Source of the DNA: Burkholderiales bacterium
GTDB lineage: Bacteria; Pseudomonadota; Gammaproteobacteria; Burkholderiales; SG8-39
Direction of reading: 5' to 3'
DNA length: 64,000 nucleotides
Assembly: GCA_049651845.1 (NCBI GenBank)
Contig: JBASCW010000023.1
Location: 111-64,110 of the forward strand
The position numbers and the translations under genes were made by a program. Shown here piece by piece: positions 44,489 to 59,115 of the stretch. The notes below the pieces were generated by a model. That model did not search any database and was not told the origin of the DNA. It saw nothing but the letters and a program-made list of their open reading frames with translations. Position 1 is the first letter of the stretch. Every line of letters begins with the position of its first letter.

Positions 44489-45322
44489 ATGAAATATACG
44501 ACGCTGAAGTACGCAGTGGCTGGACGCATCGCGCGCATCACGCTCAACCGCCCGGCGCGCCTGAACGCGATCGACGACAGGATGCCGCGCGAGATCCGGC
44601 GCGCGGTGGAGGCGGCGAACGCCGACGAGCGCGTGCACGTGATCGTGCTCGCGGGCGCGGGCCGCGCCTTCTGCGCGGGCTACGACCTGAAGAAGTTTGC
44701 CGAGGGCGATCCCAGGAACCGCTGGAACCAGTCCATGCCCTGGGACCCGATGAAGGACTACCGCGGCATGAAGGCCAACACCGACGACTTCTTCTCGATC
44801 TGGCGCAGCTACAAGCCGGTGATCTGCAAGGTGCACGGCTACGCGGTGGCGGGCGGCTCGGACATCGCGCTGTGCGCCGACATCGTGATCATGGCCGAGG
44901 ACGCGAAGATCGGTTACATGCCGGCGCGCGTCTGGGGCTGCCCGACCACCGCGATGTGGGTGTACCGGCTCGGTGCCGAGAAGGCGAAGCGCATGCTGCT
45001 CACGGGCGACACGGTGGACGGCAAGACCGCGGAGAAGATGGGGCTCGTCTACCAGGCAGTGCCGCGCAAGGACCTCGATCGCACGGTCGACGCGCTCGCG
45101 CGGCGCATGGCCGGCGTGCCCAAGAACCAGCTCATGATGCAGAAGCTCATGATCAACCAGGCCTACGAGAACATGGGCCTCGCCAGCACGCAGATGATGG
45201 CCACGCTCTTCGACGGCATCACGCGCCACTCGCCCGAGGGCGTCTGGTTCAAGAACTACGCCGAGCAGCACGGCTTTCACGCCGCCGTGCAATGGCGCGA
45301 CAGCGGCAAGGCGATCCCATGA
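44489..45322 (+). CDS. Crotonase/enoyl-CoA hydratase family protein
   Basis: [34 protein letters not shown] before ATG 44489. Confidence 0.9.
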   Translation: MKYTTLKYAVAGRIARITLNRPARLNAIDDRMPREIRRAVEAANADERVHVIVLAGAGRAFCAGYDLKKFAEGDPRNRWNQSMPWDPMKDYRGMKANTDDFFSIWRSYKPVICKVHGYAVAGGSDIALCADIVIMAEDAKIGYMPARVWGCPTTAMWVYRLGAEKAKRMLLTGDTVDGKTAEKMGLVYQAVPRKDLDRTVDALARRMAGVPKNQLMMQKLMINQAYENMGLASTQMMATLFDGITRHSPEGVWFKNYAEQHGFHAAVQWRDSGKAIP

Positions 45323-46131
45323 CCGTGCGCATCGAGAAACGGGGCCGCGTCTGGACGGTGATTCACTCGCGGCCGGAGGCGAAGAACGCCATGGACCCGG
45401 CAAGCGCCGATGCGCTCGAGCGCGCGTTCCTCGAGTTCGACCGCGATGCCGAGGCGGCGGTGGCGGTGCTCTGGGGCGAAGGCGGCGCGTTCTGCGCGGG
45501 CTTCGACTTGAAGCATGCGGCCAAGGGCGGCGCGATCGACCCGGACTCCTTTCCGGAAGGCGACGACGCGACACTGCCGCGAGCGCCCCACCGCGCTCCG
45601 CGCGGTCCTATGGGTCCTACGCGCCTGTTGCTCGACAAGCCGGTGATCGCCGCGGTGGCCGGGCCCGCGGTGGCGGGCGGCTTCGAGATCGCGCTCTGGT
45701 GCGACCTGCGCGTGATGGAGACTTCTGCCTACTTTGGCGTCTATTGCCGGCGCTGGGGCGTGCCGCTCATCGATGGCGGCACGGTGCGCCTGCCGCGCAT
45801 GGTGGGGCGCGGGCGCGCGCTCGACCTGATCCTGACGGGCCGCAAGGTCGAGGCGGAGGAGGCGCTGCGCATCAACCTCTGCGAGCAGGTGGTGCCCGAC
45901 GGCGAGGCGCGGCCGCGCGCCGAGGCGCTGGCGCACGAGATCGCGCGCTTCCCGCAGGCCTGCATGCGCGCCGACCGGCGCTCGGTCTACCGGCAGGAGG
46001 GCCTCGGTCTGCGCGAAGCCATGCGCTTCGAGTGGACCAACGGCGTGCCCGCCTACTTCGCCGAAGGCGCGGCCGGCGCCGCGCGCTTCGCTTCAGGCAG
46101 GGGGCGCGGCGGGGACTTCGGCGATATTTGA
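45319..46131 (+). CDS. Crotonase/enoyl-CoA hydratase family protein
   Basis: [24 protein letters not shown]. Confidence 0.9.
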   Translation: MTVRIEKRGRVWTVIHSRPEAKNAMDPASADALERAFLEFDRDAEAAVAVLWGEGGAFCAGFDLKHAAKGGAIDPDSFPEGDDATLPRAPHRAPRGPMGPTRLLLDKPVIAAVAGPAVAGGFEIALWCDLRVMETSAYFGVYCRRWGVPLIDGGTVRLPRMVGRGRALDLILTGRKVEAEEALRINLCEQVVPDGEARPRAEALAHEIARFPQACMRADRRSVYRQEGLGLREAMRFEWTNGVPAYFAEGAAGAARFASGRGRGGDFGDI

Positions 46132-46293
46132 GGCGGAAGCGGCGCGGCGCGCCGCCAGCTGCGCGATGAGATCGGCCTGCTCGGCCTCGCTCATCGTGCC
46201 CCAGCGCGTGATCTCGTCGAGCGTGCGCCAGCAGCCGAGGCAGTAGCGCAGGTCGCCGTCCATCACGCAAACACGGATGCAGGGTGAGTCCAC
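46093..46293 (-). CDS. DUF1289-family Fe-S/Zn small protein
   Basis: SPCIRVC...C.GC.RTLDEI..W; GTG start overlaps the hmgL stop. Confidence 0.8.
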   Translation of the reverse strand: MDSPCIRVCVMDGDLRYCLGCWRTLDEITRWGTMSEAEQADLIAQLAARRAASASNIAEVPAAPPA

Positions 46294-47201
46294 TAGACCC
46301 TCTTGGCGGCGATTGCTCTGGCTGTTCTCGAATTCGAGTTCCTGTTCAAGACGCCCGAGATCCACATGCCCGTATCGACGAGCTTGTCGAGGTCGATGCC
46401 GGTCTCAATGCCGAGGCCGTGCAGCATGTACACGACGTCCTCGGTGGCGACGTTGCCGGTCGCGCCCTTCGCGTAGGGGCAGCCGCCCAGGCCCGACACC
46501 GAGGCGTCGAAGGTGGCGACGCCGAGCTCCATCGAGGCGTAGATGTTGGCGAGCGCCTGGCCGTAGGTGTCGTGGTAGTGGCCGGCGAGCTTTGCCGCGG
46601 GCACGCGCGCAAGGCAGGCTTCGATCATCGCCTGCGTCTTGCCCGGCGTGCCGACGCCGATGGTGTCGCCCAGGGATATCTCGTAGCAGCCCATGTCGTA
46701 GAGGGCGCATGCGACTTCGGCGACCCTCATCGGCTTGATCTCGCCCTCGTAGGGACAACCGACCACGCAGGAGATATAGCCGCGTACCTTGATGTTCGAT
46801 GCCTTCGCCGCATCCACGACGGGACGGAACCGCTCCAGGGACTCGGCGATCGAGCAGTTGATGTTCTTCTTTGAGAAAGCTTCGGAAGCCGCACCAAAAA
46901 CCGCGACCTCGGTCGCGCCGGCCGCCTTGGCCGCCTCGAAGCCCTTCAGGTTCGGCGTGAGCACTGGGTAGGAAACGCCGGGCTTCCTGCGGATGCGCTC
47001 GAGCACCTCGGTGTGGTCCGCCATCTGCGGGATCCACTTGGGCGAGACGAAGGCGGTGGCCTCGATTGCGGGCAGTCCCGCGTCCGCGAGCCGCTCGATG
47101 AGCTCGAGCTTCACGGCGGTCGGAACCTCGGCCTTCTCGTTCTGCAGCCCGTCGCGCGGGCCCATTTCGACGATCCTCACCCGACTCGGAAGCGACGCCA
47201 T
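46293..47201 (-). CDS. hmgL: Hydroxymethylglutaryl-CoA lyase
   Basis: [30 protein letters not shown]. Confidence 0.95.
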   Translation of the reverse strand: MASLPSRVRIVEMGPRDGLQNEKAEVPTAVKLELIERLADAGLPAIEATAFVSPKWIPQMADHTEVLERIRRKPGVSYPVLTPNLKGFEAAKAAGATEVAVFGAASEAFSKKNINCSIAESLERFRPVVDAAKASNIKVRGYISCVVGCPYEGEIKPMRVAEVACALYDMGCYEISLGDTIGVGTPGKTQAMIEACLARVPAAKLAGHYHDTYGQALANIYASMELGVATFDASVSGLGGCPYAKGATGNVATEDVVYMLHGLGIETGIDLDKLVDTGMWISGVLNRNSNSRTARAIAAKRV

Positions 47202-47210
47202 GTGCCGATG

Positions 47211-47867
47211 CTACAGGATGCCGTGGCGCTTGAAGACTTCGGCCAGCTTCTCGCCGCGCGCGAGCGCTTCGCGCGTCGCATTCTCTCCTGCGACCTTGGC
47301 AAGCGCCATGGCGATCACTTCGGTCTCCGCGGCGCGCGGCACCACGACGACGCCGTCGGCGTCTCCGAACACGAGATCGCCGGGCGCCACGCGTGCGCCG
47401 GCGACTTCCACGGGCACGTCGATCGCCATGACCTTGCCGCGGCCCTTGGAATCGAGCGGGCCGATGCCGCCCGCGAACACCGGAAGTTTCATGGCGCGAA
47501 TGGCGCGCACGTCGCGTGTCAGACCGTCCATCACCACGCCGGCGGCGCCGCGCGCGCGCGCGGCGGTAGACAGCAGCTCGCCCCAGGGCGCGATGCGCCC
47601 CGAGGCGCCGCAGGCGAATACCGGCACGTCGTCGGCCTTCAGGTCGTCCACCAGCCGGATCTCCAGCTCGTAGGGGTTCTCGCCTTGGGGCGCATCGTAC
47701 ACGTCCACATAGAGCGCGGTACGTGCGCGGCCGCAGAGAACGAGCGATTCATCGAGCGGGCGGACGCGCGGGTGCATCGCTTGGTCGCGATAGCCGGCCG
47801 CATCCAGGCAATCCGACAGCACCGCGGTGAACAGATGTTGCCGAAGCGCTTCGAGCGATTGACTCAT
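47211..47867 (-). CDS. RraA/MenG-family (HMG/CHA aldolase-like) protein
   Basis: LSDCLD, WGELL...RGAAG.V.DG..RD, PGD.VFGDADGVV; start MSQSLE at 47867. Confidence 0.85.
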   Translation of the reverse strand: MSQSLEALRQHLFTAVLSDCLDAAGYRDQAMHPRVRPLDESLVLCGRARTALYVDVYDAPQGENPYELEIRLVDDLKADDVPVFACGASGRIAPWGELLSTAARARGAAGVVMDGLTRDVRAIRAMKLPVFAGGIGPLDSKGRGKVMAIDVPVEVAGARVAPGDLVFGDADGVVVVPRAAETEVIAMALAKVAGENATREALARGEKLAEVFKRHGIL

Positions 47868-49360
47868 GATGGACTCCCTTTGCGTTCCAGCCAGGCTCGC
47901 GCAAGCGGCCAGCAGAGGACCGCCACGGTCAGCGCACCCAGACCCGCCGCGATCGGCCGCTCGAAGAAGGCGAGCAGGCGCCCGTCGGCCTTGATCATCG
48001 AGCTGATGAAATTCTCCTCCAGCATCGCGCCCAGCACCATGCCGAGGATCGCCGGCGCCACCGGGTAACCGTTCTGCTCCATCACGTATGCCACCAGGCC
48101 GAACACCAGCATCAGCACCACGCCGAAGATCGAGTTGTTGATGGCAAAGGAGCCGACCACGCAGAACAGCAGGATCACCGGCATCAGCACCTCGCGCGGC
48201 GCGCGCAGCAGCTGCTTGGCGCCCTTGATGGCGGCGACGCCGAGCGGGATCATCAGCAGGTTGGCGAGGATGAAGACGAAGAAGATGGCATACATCTCGG
48301 GCGCCTTCTCCATGAACACGGTCGGGCCGGGATTGAGGCCCTTGATGTAGAGCACGCCGATCACGATCGCGGTGATCGAATCGCCCGGGATGCCGAACAC
48401 CAGCGCCGGGATCCAGGCGCCGGCGAGCGCGGAATTGTTCGAAGCACCCGCCTCGACGATGCCCTCGACGTGGCCGGTACCGAATTTGTGGGGCTCCCTG
48501 GAGAATTTCTTCGACACCGCGTACGACATCCAGGCAGCGATGTCGGCGCCGGCGCCGGGCAGGGCGCCGATCGCGGTGCCGAGCGTGGAGCCGCGCAGGA
48601 TCGCGAGCGGATATTTCCTGGTGAGTCCCCACATGCCGCGGAAGATGTTGCCGATCTTCGCCTGCGCCATCTCCCAGGGCTGGTCCATCGCCGCGACGTT
48701 GCGGATGATTTCCGAGACAGCGAACATGCCGATCATGATCGGGATCAGCGTGAGGCCGCCCGCGAGCTCGACGTTGCCGAAGGTGAAGCGCGGATAGGCG
48801 GCCGGGTTGTCCAGGCCCACCGAGGCCACCAGCAGCCCCAGCAGCAGCGAGACCACGGCCTTGAGCGGGTTGCCGACGGCGAGGAACACCGCGCTGGAAA
48901 GTCCCAGGATCACCAGCCAGAAATACTCGAACGAGGAGAACTTGAGCGCGATCTCCGCCAGCGCGGGAGCCGCCGCGATCAGCACCGCGGTGCCGAACAG
49001 GCCGCCGATCACGGAGAATATGAGGCCGGCGCCGAGCGCGACCTCGCCCTGGCCTTTTTTCGTCATCGCGTAGGCCTCGTCGGTGTAGGCGGCGGAGGCG
49101 GGCGTGCCCGGCATGCGCAGCAGGCAGCTCGGAATGTCGCCGGCGAAAATCGCCATCGCGGTCGCGGTGACGATGGCGGCGATCGCCGGTACCGGCGGCA
49201 TGAAGAACGTGACAGGCACCAGCAGCGCGGTCGCCATGGTGGCGGTGAGCCCCGGGATCGCGCCGACGAACAGGCCGAAAGCGGCCGAGGCGACGATCAC
49301 CCACAGCACGTAGGGATCGAGCAGCAGCGCGAACGCCTGCGAGAGGACGGCGAGCGTCAT
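47864..49360 (-). CDS. tctA: Tripartite tricarboxylate transporter large permease
   Basis: GAIPGLTAT, PGTPASA, GIPGD motifs. Confidence 0.93.
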   Translation of the reverse strand: MTLAVLSQAFALLLDPYVLWVIVASAAFGLFVGAIPGLTATMATALLVPVTFFMPPVPAIAAIVTATAMAIFAGDIPSCLLRMPGTPASAAYTDEAYAMTKKGQGEVALGAGLIFSVIGGLFGTAVLIAAAPALAEIALKFSSFEYFWLVILGLSSAVFLAVGNPLKAVVSLLLGLLVASVGLDNPAAYPRFTFGNVELAGGLTLIPIMIGMFAVSEIIRNVAAMDQPWEMAQAKIGNIFRGMWGLTRKYPLAILRGSTLGTAIGALPGAGADIAAWMSYAVSKKFSREPHKFGTGHVEGIVEAGASNNSALAGAWIPALVFGIPGDSITAIVIGVLYIKGLNPGPTVFMEKAPEMYAIFFVFILANLLMIPLGVAAIKGAKQLLRAPREVLMPVILLFCVVGSFAINNSIFGVVLMLVFGLVAYVMEQNGYPVAPAILGMVLGAMLEENFISSMIKADGRLLAFFERPIAAGLGALTVAVLCWPLARAWLERKGSPS

Positions 49361-49361
49361 C

Positions 49362-49835
49362 TCAGAAGGCGAAGCGCTCGAAGATGCCCCAGGGCAGGGG
49401 CACCTTGAGCAGCTTGTAGAAGGCGAGATGGATCAGCACGGTCGCCGCGACGGCGACCGGCAACGCGAGCGACCAGCGCGCGCGCAGCTGGCGCGACCAG
49501 GCAAGCAGCAGCGCCGCCGCGGTCAGGTGAAAGCCCAGCTTGTCGACGACGAGGATGTAGGCGAGCAGCCCGACGACGACGCTCGCCACGGCCGCCGTGG
49601 CGCGCGGCCGGCGCAGCCAGCCGGGCAGCTCGACCAGCGGTTGCGGCGCGGCAGCGCGCAGGCGCGCGGCGATCAGCAGCGCACCGCAGGCGATCAGGCC
49701 TATCGAAATGAGGCCTGGAAACCAGGCCGGCCCGTACTTCTGGCCCGGCATCGGCGGAAAGCCCTGGATGTGCCAGAGCACCGCCGCGCCGAGCGCGACC
49801 AGCGCCGCGCCGCTAAGCGCGTCGTTGACCTTCAT
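49362..49835 (-). CDS. tctB: Tripartite tricarboxylate transporter small permease
   Basis: 4 TM; GP.WFP and C-terminal L.VPLP.G; lies between tctC and tctA. Confidence 0.88.
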   Translation of the reverse strand: MKVNDALSGAALVALGAAVLWHIQGFPPMPGQKYGPAWFPGLISIGLIACGALLIAARLRAAAPQPLVELPGWLRRPRATAAVASVVVGLLAYILVVDKLGFHLTAAALLLAWSRQLRARWSLALPVAVAATVLIHLAFYKLLKVPLPWGIFERFAF

Positions 49836-49847
49836 GGTTCCGAAGAA

Positions 49848-50807
49848 CTATTTCGCGAGACCGACGGCCTTGAGAGTCGCGCCCATGTCGGCGTCCGACT
49901 TGGCCATGAACTTGCCTGTGCCCTCGGCGTCGGCCCAGACCACGCCGAAGCCCCGGCTCGCCATGAAGTCCTTGTACTCCTTGGAGTCGTAGACCTTCTT
50001 GAGCGCGCCGCCCAGCGTGTTCTGCACGTCGGCCGGGATGCCCTTGGGCGCGGCGATCACGCGCCAGGCCGCCATCGTCCATTTGCTGCCGATCTCTTTC
50101 TGCAGCGTAGGCACGTTCGGGTACAGCGTCGGCGGGTTCGCGTCCATGATCGAAAGCGCCCGCACCTTGCCGGCGTCGATCATCGCGCGCGCTTCAGGAA
50201 TCGAGCAGGGCACGACCTCCACGCCACCCGCGACCAGGTCCTGCAGGCCCGGCGCCGCGCCGTTGGACGGCACCCAGGGCAGCGCGCCCGGGTCGATGCC
50301 CTGGTCCTTGAGCAGGCCGGCGATCGCCAGATGCCAGATGCCGCCCTGGCCCGTGCCCGAGGCCTTCAGCTTGCCCGGGCTGGCCTTGATCGCGGCGATC
50401 AGGTCCTTGGTGCTCTTGTAGGGCGAATCGATGCGCACGTGGATGCCGGCTGGATCGGCGTTGACGAGGCCGATCGGCGCGTAGTCGGTGTGCTTGAGCG
50501 CCGTCAGGCCGACGTGGTGCATCATCGTGATCTCTACCGTGATGAGCCCGAGGGTGTAACCGTCGGGCGCAGCCTTCGCGATCGCATCGTGGCCGACCAC
50601 GCCCGAGCCGCCGGTGCGGTTGACCACGTTGATCGGCTGCTTGAGGTCCTTCTCCATGAGGCTGGCGATGATGCGCGCCGTGGCATCGGTGCCGCCGCCC
50701 GCGCCCCAAGGCACGATCAGCTGGATCGGACGCTGCGGATACTGGGCCTGCGCGGCGCCTGCGAACAACGCCGCGAGCACGGCCGCTGCCTGCAAGAACT
50801 TCCTCAT
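49848..50807 (-). CDS. tctC: Tripartite tricarboxylate substrate-binding protein
   Basis: YPQRPIQLIVPWGAGGGTD, VNRTGGSG; start MRKFLQ at 50807. Confidence 0.92.
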   Translation of the reverse strand: MRKFLQAAAVLAALFAGAAQAQYPQRPIQLIVPWGAGGGTDATARIIASLMEKDLKQPINVVNRTGGSGVVGHDAIAKAAPDGYTLGLITVEITMMHHVGLTALKHTDYAPIGLVNADPAGIHVRIDSPYKSTKDLIAAIKASPGKLKASGTGQGGIWHLAIAGLLKDQGIDPGALPWVPSNGAAPGLQDLVAGGVEVVPCSIPEARAMIDAGKVRALSIMDANPPTLYPNVPTLQKEIGSKWTMAAWRVIAAPKGIPADVQNTLGGALKKVYDSKEYKDFMASRGFGVVWADAEGTGKFMAKSDADMGATLKAVGLAK

Positions 50808-50862
50808 GATTCCTCCCTGGTTAACCGGATGGTTACGGGAGGATTCTACTGCGCGCGACGGC

Positions 50863-52872
<2,010 letters not shown>

Positions 52873-52873
52873 C

Positions 52874-53698
52874 CTACTTCTTTTTCCGCGGCGGCTTCAC
52901 GCGCACTGCCTCGAACTCCTTCACCCAGGCGGGCTTGCGCTTCTCGAGGAACGAGGCGATGCCCTCGCGGCCCTCGGCCGAGACGCGGATCTCGGCGATG
53001 CGCTTCGCGGTGTCGGCGACCATCGCATCGTCGATCGGTCCGGCGGCGACGGCGCGCACCAGGTCCTTGATCTTGCGGTGCGCCTCGCGCCCGCCCACCA
53101 CCAGGTGGCCGAGCAGGGCGTTGATGGCGCCGTCGAGCTCCTCGGGCGGCGCGACGTCGGAGAGCAGCCGCAGGCGGTAGGCTTCGCCCGCGTCGATGAC
53201 CTCACCGGAGAGGAAGTAGCGCCGCGCCAGTCGCTCGCCCATCGCGCGCACCACGTAGGGGCTGATGGTGGCCGGCGAGAGGCCGAGCTTCACCTCGGTG
53301 AGGCAGAACTCCGCGTTCTGCGAGCCGATCGCGATGTCGCAGGCGGCCACCAGCCCCACGCCGCCGGCGTAGGCGGGGCCGTGCACCCGGGCGATGGTCG
53401 GCTTGGACATCCGGTCGAGCGTCTTCAGCATCTCGGCGAGAGCGCTGGCGTCCCTGAGGTTGTCCTCGTAGCCGTAGCCGGCCATGCGCTTCATCCAGTT
53501 GAGGTCCGCGCCCGCGCAGAACGCTTTGCCCGCGCCCGCAAGCACCACGGCGCGAACGGCGTCATCCCGATCCAGATCCAGAAAAACCTTGGTCAAATTG
53601 GAGATCGAGACATCGTCGAACGCGTTGCGCACGTCGGGGCGGTTGAGCGTGACGATGGCGACCGTGTTTCTCTTCTCTACGATGAGGTTGTCTGACAT
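52874..53698 (-). CDS. liuC: Methylglutaconyl-CoA hydratase
   Basis: Crotonase with FCAGADL and TEVKLGL.PATISPYV; lies between the MCC subunits. Confidence 0.88.
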   Translation of the reverse strand: MSDNLIVEKRNTVAIVTLNRPDVRNAFDDVSISNLTKVFLDLDRDDAVRAVVLAGAGKAFCAGADLNWMKRMAGYGYEDNLRDASALAEMLKTLDRMSKPTIARVHGPAYAGGVGLVAACDIAIGSQNAEFCLTEVKLGLSPATISPYVVRAMGERLARRYFLSGEVIDAGEAYRLRLLSDVAPPEELDGAINALLGHLVVGGREAHRKIKDLVRAVAAGPIDDAMVADTAKRIAEIRVSAEGREGIASFLEKRKPAWVKEFEAVRVKPPRKKK

Positions 53699-53703
53699 GG
53701 CCT

Positions 53704-55290
<1,587 letters not shown>

Positions 55291-55291
55291 C

Positions 55292-56425
55292 TCACGCGCC
55301 TTCCAGGGCTCTGCCGATCACGAGGCGCTGGATGTCGCTCGTGCCTTCGTAGATCTGGCAGGCGCGCACGTCCCGCCAGATGCGTTCAACCGGGAAGTCG
55401 GCGACATAGCCGTAACCGCCGTGGATCTGCACCGCGTCCGAGCAGACCCGCTCGGCGGTCTCGGATGCGAACAGCTTCGCCATGGAGGCCTCCTTCAGGC
55501 AGGGCCGGCCCGCGTCCTTCAGGCGCGCGGCGTGCAGGTAAAGCTGGCGCGCGGCCTCCACGCTGGTTGCCATGTCGGCGAGGCGGAAGTTGACCGCCTG
55601 GTGCCCGATCAGCGGCTTGCCCATGCTCCTGCGCTCGGCGGCATAGGCGAGCGCGGCGCCGAGCGCCGCCTGCGCCATGCCGGTCGCCTGCGCGGCGACG
55701 TTGATGCGGCCGGTCTCCAGGTTCGCCAGCGCGATGCGGTAGCCGGCACCCTCCTGCGCGAGCAGGTTTGCCGACGGCACCCTGCAGTTCTCGAGCACGA
55801 TCTGCGCGGTATCGGAGGCGCGCTGCCCGGTCTTGTCCTCCAGGCGCGCCACGCGGTAGCCCGGCGCCGACGTCGGCACGACGAAGGCGCTGATGCCCTT
55901 CTTGCCCGCCGCCTTGTCCGTGACCGCGAACACCACGGCGAGGTCGGCGTGCTTACCCGAGGTGATGAACTGCATTACGCCGTTCAGCACGTAGCCGTCG
56001 CTGTCGCGCTCCGCGCGCGTGGTGATCGCGGCCGCGTCGGACCCCGCGTGCGGCTCGGTGAGGCAGAAGGCGCCGAGCGCCTTGCCCTGCGCGATCGGCG
56101 CGAGGAAGGAACGCTTCTGCGCGTCGTTCCCGTAACCCTGCAGAATGTTGGCGAACAGGTTCGTCACCATCACGATGGTGCAGGTCGCGCTGTCGCCAGC
56201 TGCGATTTCCTCGCAAGCGAGCGCGAGCGCGGTGGCGTCCATGCCCGCGCCGCCTTGCGCCTCGGGAATGGCGATGCCGAACAGCCCCATCGCGCCGAGG
56301 CCGGCAACCTCGTCGCGCGGGAACAGCTTTTCGCGGTCCCAGCGCGCCGCGTTGGGCGCGAGCCGCTCGCGCGCGTAGCGGCGCACGGCGTCGCGCAGTT
56401 GCTCGTGGTGCGGGGCGAGGCTCAT
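55292..56425 (-). CDS. Acyl-CoA dehydrogenase (short/branched chain)
   Basis: [22 protein letters not shown]. Confidence 0.93.
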   Translation of the reverse strand: MSLAPHHEQLRDAVRRYARERLAPNAARWDREKLFPRDEVAGLGAMGLFGIAIPEAQGGAGMDATALALACEEIAAGDSATCTIVMVTNLFANILQGYGNDAQKRSFLAPIAQGKALGAFCLTEPHAGSDAAAITTRAERDSDGYVLNGVMQFITSGKHADLAVVFAVTDKAAGKKGISAFVVPTSAPGYRVARLEDKTGQRASDTAQIVLENCRVPSANLLAQEGAGYRIALANLETGRINVAAQATGMAQAALGAALAYAAERRSMGKPLIGHQAVNFRLADMATSVEAARQLYLHAARLKDAGRPCLKEASMAKLFASETAERVCSDAVQIHGGYGYVADFPVERIWRDVRACQIYEGTSDIQRLVIGRALEGA

Positions 56426-56437
56426 GTCAGGCGACGC

Positions 56438-56839
56438 TCAGATACGTGCGTAGGTGACGGTATGGTGCGTGAAGATCTTGCCGCGGCGGTCGTGGCACTC
56501 GGCGGTGCCATAGATGATGCGCTTGCCGAGCTTGAGCACGCGCGCGGTGCAGTATACGGTCTCGCGCCGCGCAGCGTTGAGGAACGCGGTATTGAGCTCG
56601 GAGGTCACCGCGTCGTGCTCCAGGCCGATGTGGCGCTTGATCGCGAGCCACATCGCGCAGTCTGCCGCCGCCATGAACGCGGGCCCGTTGACGGTGCCGC
56701 CCGGGCGCTCGAGCGCGCGCCGGAACGGCATCGCGATGGTGCACTCGGCGTTCGAGATCGACGCGAGCTTGAAGCCGTAGCCCCTGACGAAGCGCGAGCG
56801 GCCGAGCAGCCTTTGCAGCGCGGACTTGCTCGCGGTCAT
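56438..56839 (-). CDS. PaaI-family hotdog thioesterase
   Basis: GTVNGPAFMAAAD, VTSELNTAFL; start MTASKS at 56839. Confidence 0.82.
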   Translation of the reverse strand: MTASKSALQRLLGRSRFVRGYGFKLASISNAECTIAMPFRRALERPGGTVNGPAFMAAADCAMWLAIKRHIGLEHDAVTSELNTAFLNAARRETVYCTARVLKLGKRIIYGTAECHDRRGKIFTHHTVTYARI

Positions 56840-58020
56840 GCCAGTTCGATGGCCATCGCAGTCGCCTCGCCGCCGCCGATGCACAGCGACGCGACGCCGC
56901 GCTTGCCGCCGCGCTTGCGCAGCGCGCCGATCAGCGTCACCAGGATGCGCGCGCCCGAGGCGCCGATCGGATGGCCGAGCGCGCAGGCGCCGCCGTGCAC
57001 GTTGACCTTTTCGTGCGGCAGCTTGTGCTCCTGCATCGCCGCCATCGTCACAACCGCAAAGGCCTCGTTGATTTCGTACAGGTCGATCTCCTGCGCTTTC
57101 CAGTTTGCCTTTTCGAGCAACTTCCTTATGGCACCCACGGGCGCGGTCGTGAACAGCGCGGGCGCCTGCGCATGGGTGGAATGGCCGACGATGGTGGCGA
57201 TCGGCGCGCAGCCGCGCTGTTCCGCGGTCGAGCGGCGCATCAGCACCAGCGCCGCGGCGCCGTCGGAGATCGACGAGGAATTGGCCGCGGTCACCGTGCC
57301 GTCCTTGCGGAACGCGGGCCCGAGTGTCGGGATCTTCTCCAGGTTCGCCTTGAACGGCTGCTCGTCCATCTCGATGAAGCGCTGTTCCTTGCCCGACTTG
57401 ATGGCGATCGGCGTGGTCTCCCATGCGAACGAGCCGTCCTTGTTGGCCTTCTGTGCGCGCTCGAGCGAGGTGATCGCGAACTTGTCCTGGGATTCCCTCG
57501 AAAAGGAAAAGCGCTGCGCGCAATCCTCCGCAAACGTCCCCATCAAGCGCCCCTTGTCGTAGGCGTCCTCCAGGCCGTCGTAGAACATGTGATCGAGCAC
57601 CTGACCGTGGCCCATGCGCAGGCCCGAACGCGCCTTCGGCAGCAGGTAGGGCGCGTTGGTCATCGATTCCATCCCGCCGGCCACGGCAATGCCGATTGAA
57701 CCGGAAATCAGCGAATCATGGGCGAGCATGGCGGCTTTCATGCCCGAGCCGCACATCTTGTTCACGGTGGTGCAGCCGGTCGAGAGCTCCAGGCCGGCGC
57801 CGAGCGCGGCCTGGCGCGCGGGCGCCTGGCCCTGGCCCGCGGGCAGCACGCAGCCCATGAGAACTTCCTCGATATCGGCGGCCTTGAGCTTGGCGCGCTC
57901 CACGGCGGCGCGGATCGCGGCCGCACCGAGCTCCGGCGCGGCGAAGCCCTTGAGCTCGCCCTGGAAGCCGCCCATCGGGGTGCGGGCGGCGGCAACGATG
58001 ACGACGGGATCGGTGTTCAT
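56836..58020 (-). CDS. Acetyl-CoA C-acyltransferase (thiolase)
   Basis: NKMCGSG, NEAF, GHPIGASG, CIGGG. Confidence 0.95.
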   Translation of the reverse strand: MNTDPVVIVAAARTPMGGFQGELKGFAAPELGAAAIRAAVERAKLKAADIEEVLMGCVLPAGQGQAPARQAALGAGLELSTGCTTVNKMCGSGMKAAMLAHDSLISGSIGIAVAGGMESMTNAPYLLPKARSGLRMGHGQVLDHMFYDGLEDAYDKGRLMGTFAEDCAQRFSFSRESQDKFAITSLERAQKANKDGSFAWETTPIAIKSGKEQRFIEMDEQPFKANLEKIPTLGPAFRKDGTVTAANSSSISDGAAALVLMRRSTAEQRGCAPIATIVGHSTHAQAPALFTTAPVGAIRKLLEKANWKAQEIDLYEINEAFAVVTMAAMQEHKLPHEKVNVHGGACALGHPIGASGARILVTLIGALRKRGGKRGVASLCIGGGEATAMAIELA

Positions 58021-58023
58021 GGT

Positions 58024-59115
58024 CTAGTCCTTCAGCAATGTTGCGGCGCCGCGGATCGCGGCAATCGCTTCTTCGTTCAAGAGCCGGATCAGTTCGGCCG
58101 CCGGCAGCGCGCGCGCGAGCGGCGCAGCCTGGCCCGCCCACAGCGCGATGAAATCGGGCTTGCCCGCCCTGGCCGACGCCTGGCGCAGCCTGCCGGTGAC
58201 GCCGTTCTGCGCCGGGAATGCGAGCTGCGGCGCGTGCTTCGCCGCCATCTCGGCGATGAAGCGGTTGGCGAGGCCGCGCGCGGGCTTGCCGGAGAACTTT
58301 TCCGTCAGCAGCGTGCCGTCCTCCTTCGACTCCAGCAGGAGATCCTTGTGCACCTGCGCCGCGCCGCTCTCGGGGCAGGGGATGAACGCCGTTCCAAGCT
58401 GCGCGGCCTGCGCGCCGAGTGCGAGCGCCGCGGCGATGCCGGCGCCGTCCATGATGCCGCCCGCCGCGACCACCGGCAGCCGGACCGCGCGCAGCACCAG
58501 GCGCGTGAGCGCCAGCGTGCCGGTCAGCGACTGGTAGGGATCGCGCAGATAGCTGCCACGATGGCCGCCCGCCTCGCCGCCCTGCGCGATGACGAAGTCG
58601 AAGCCCAGCTGCTCGAGCCGCCGCGCCTCCGCGATGCAGGTCGCGCTGCCGCCGACGAGAATGTTCTTGGCTTTGAGCCTGCCTATTCTTTCTACGGGAA
58701 GATCGGAAAGATGGGCGGTGAACACACGCGGTACGATGGCTTCGACCGCATCCAGTTGTGCGTTCAGATCCGGCGCGTAGGGCGCGTTCACCGGTTCGGG
58801 CGGCGGCAGGCCCAGTTCCTTGTAGTAGTCGGCCACCGCATCCAGTGCGCCGCGCTGCGCGCGTGCGTCGATCTGATCGGGCTGCGACGAAGTGAACAAG
58901 TTGATGCCGAACGGCCGGTCGGTTTTCGAGCGCACGAAGGCCGACTGTTTTTTCATGTCCTCGGGCTGGGTATAGGCGAAGCCGAAGGAGCCGAGCACGC
59001 CCGCCGCAGAGCAGGCGGCGACGAGCTCCTGCGAGGAAGCTCCGCCGGCCATCGGTGCCTGGATGATCGGCACGGCGAGCCCGAGCTTCGCCGAGAGCGG
59101 CGTCTGCAGCGTCAC
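58024..59115 (-). CDS. Nitronate monooxygenase family flavoprotein
   Basis: PIIQAPMAGG, QGGEAGGH, AAGGIMDG; GTG start at 59115. Confidence 0.88.
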   Translation of the reverse strand: MTLQTPLSAKLGLAVPIIQAPMAGGASSQELVAACSAAGVLGSFGFAYTQPEDMKKQSAFVRSKTDRPFGINLFTSSQPDQIDARAQRGALDAVADYYKELGLPPPEPVNAPYAPDLNAQLDAVEAIVPRVFTAHLSDLPVERIGRLKAKNILVGGSATCIAEARRLEQLGFDFVIAQGGEAGGHRGSYLRDPYQSLTGTLALTRLVLRAVRLPVVAAGGIMDGAGIAAALALGAQAAQLGTAFIPCPESGAAQVHKDLLLESKEDGTLLTEKFSGKPARGLANRFIAEMAAKHAPQLAFPAQNGVTGRLRQASARAGKPDFIALWAGQAAPLARALPAAELIRLLNEEAIAAIRGAATLLKD

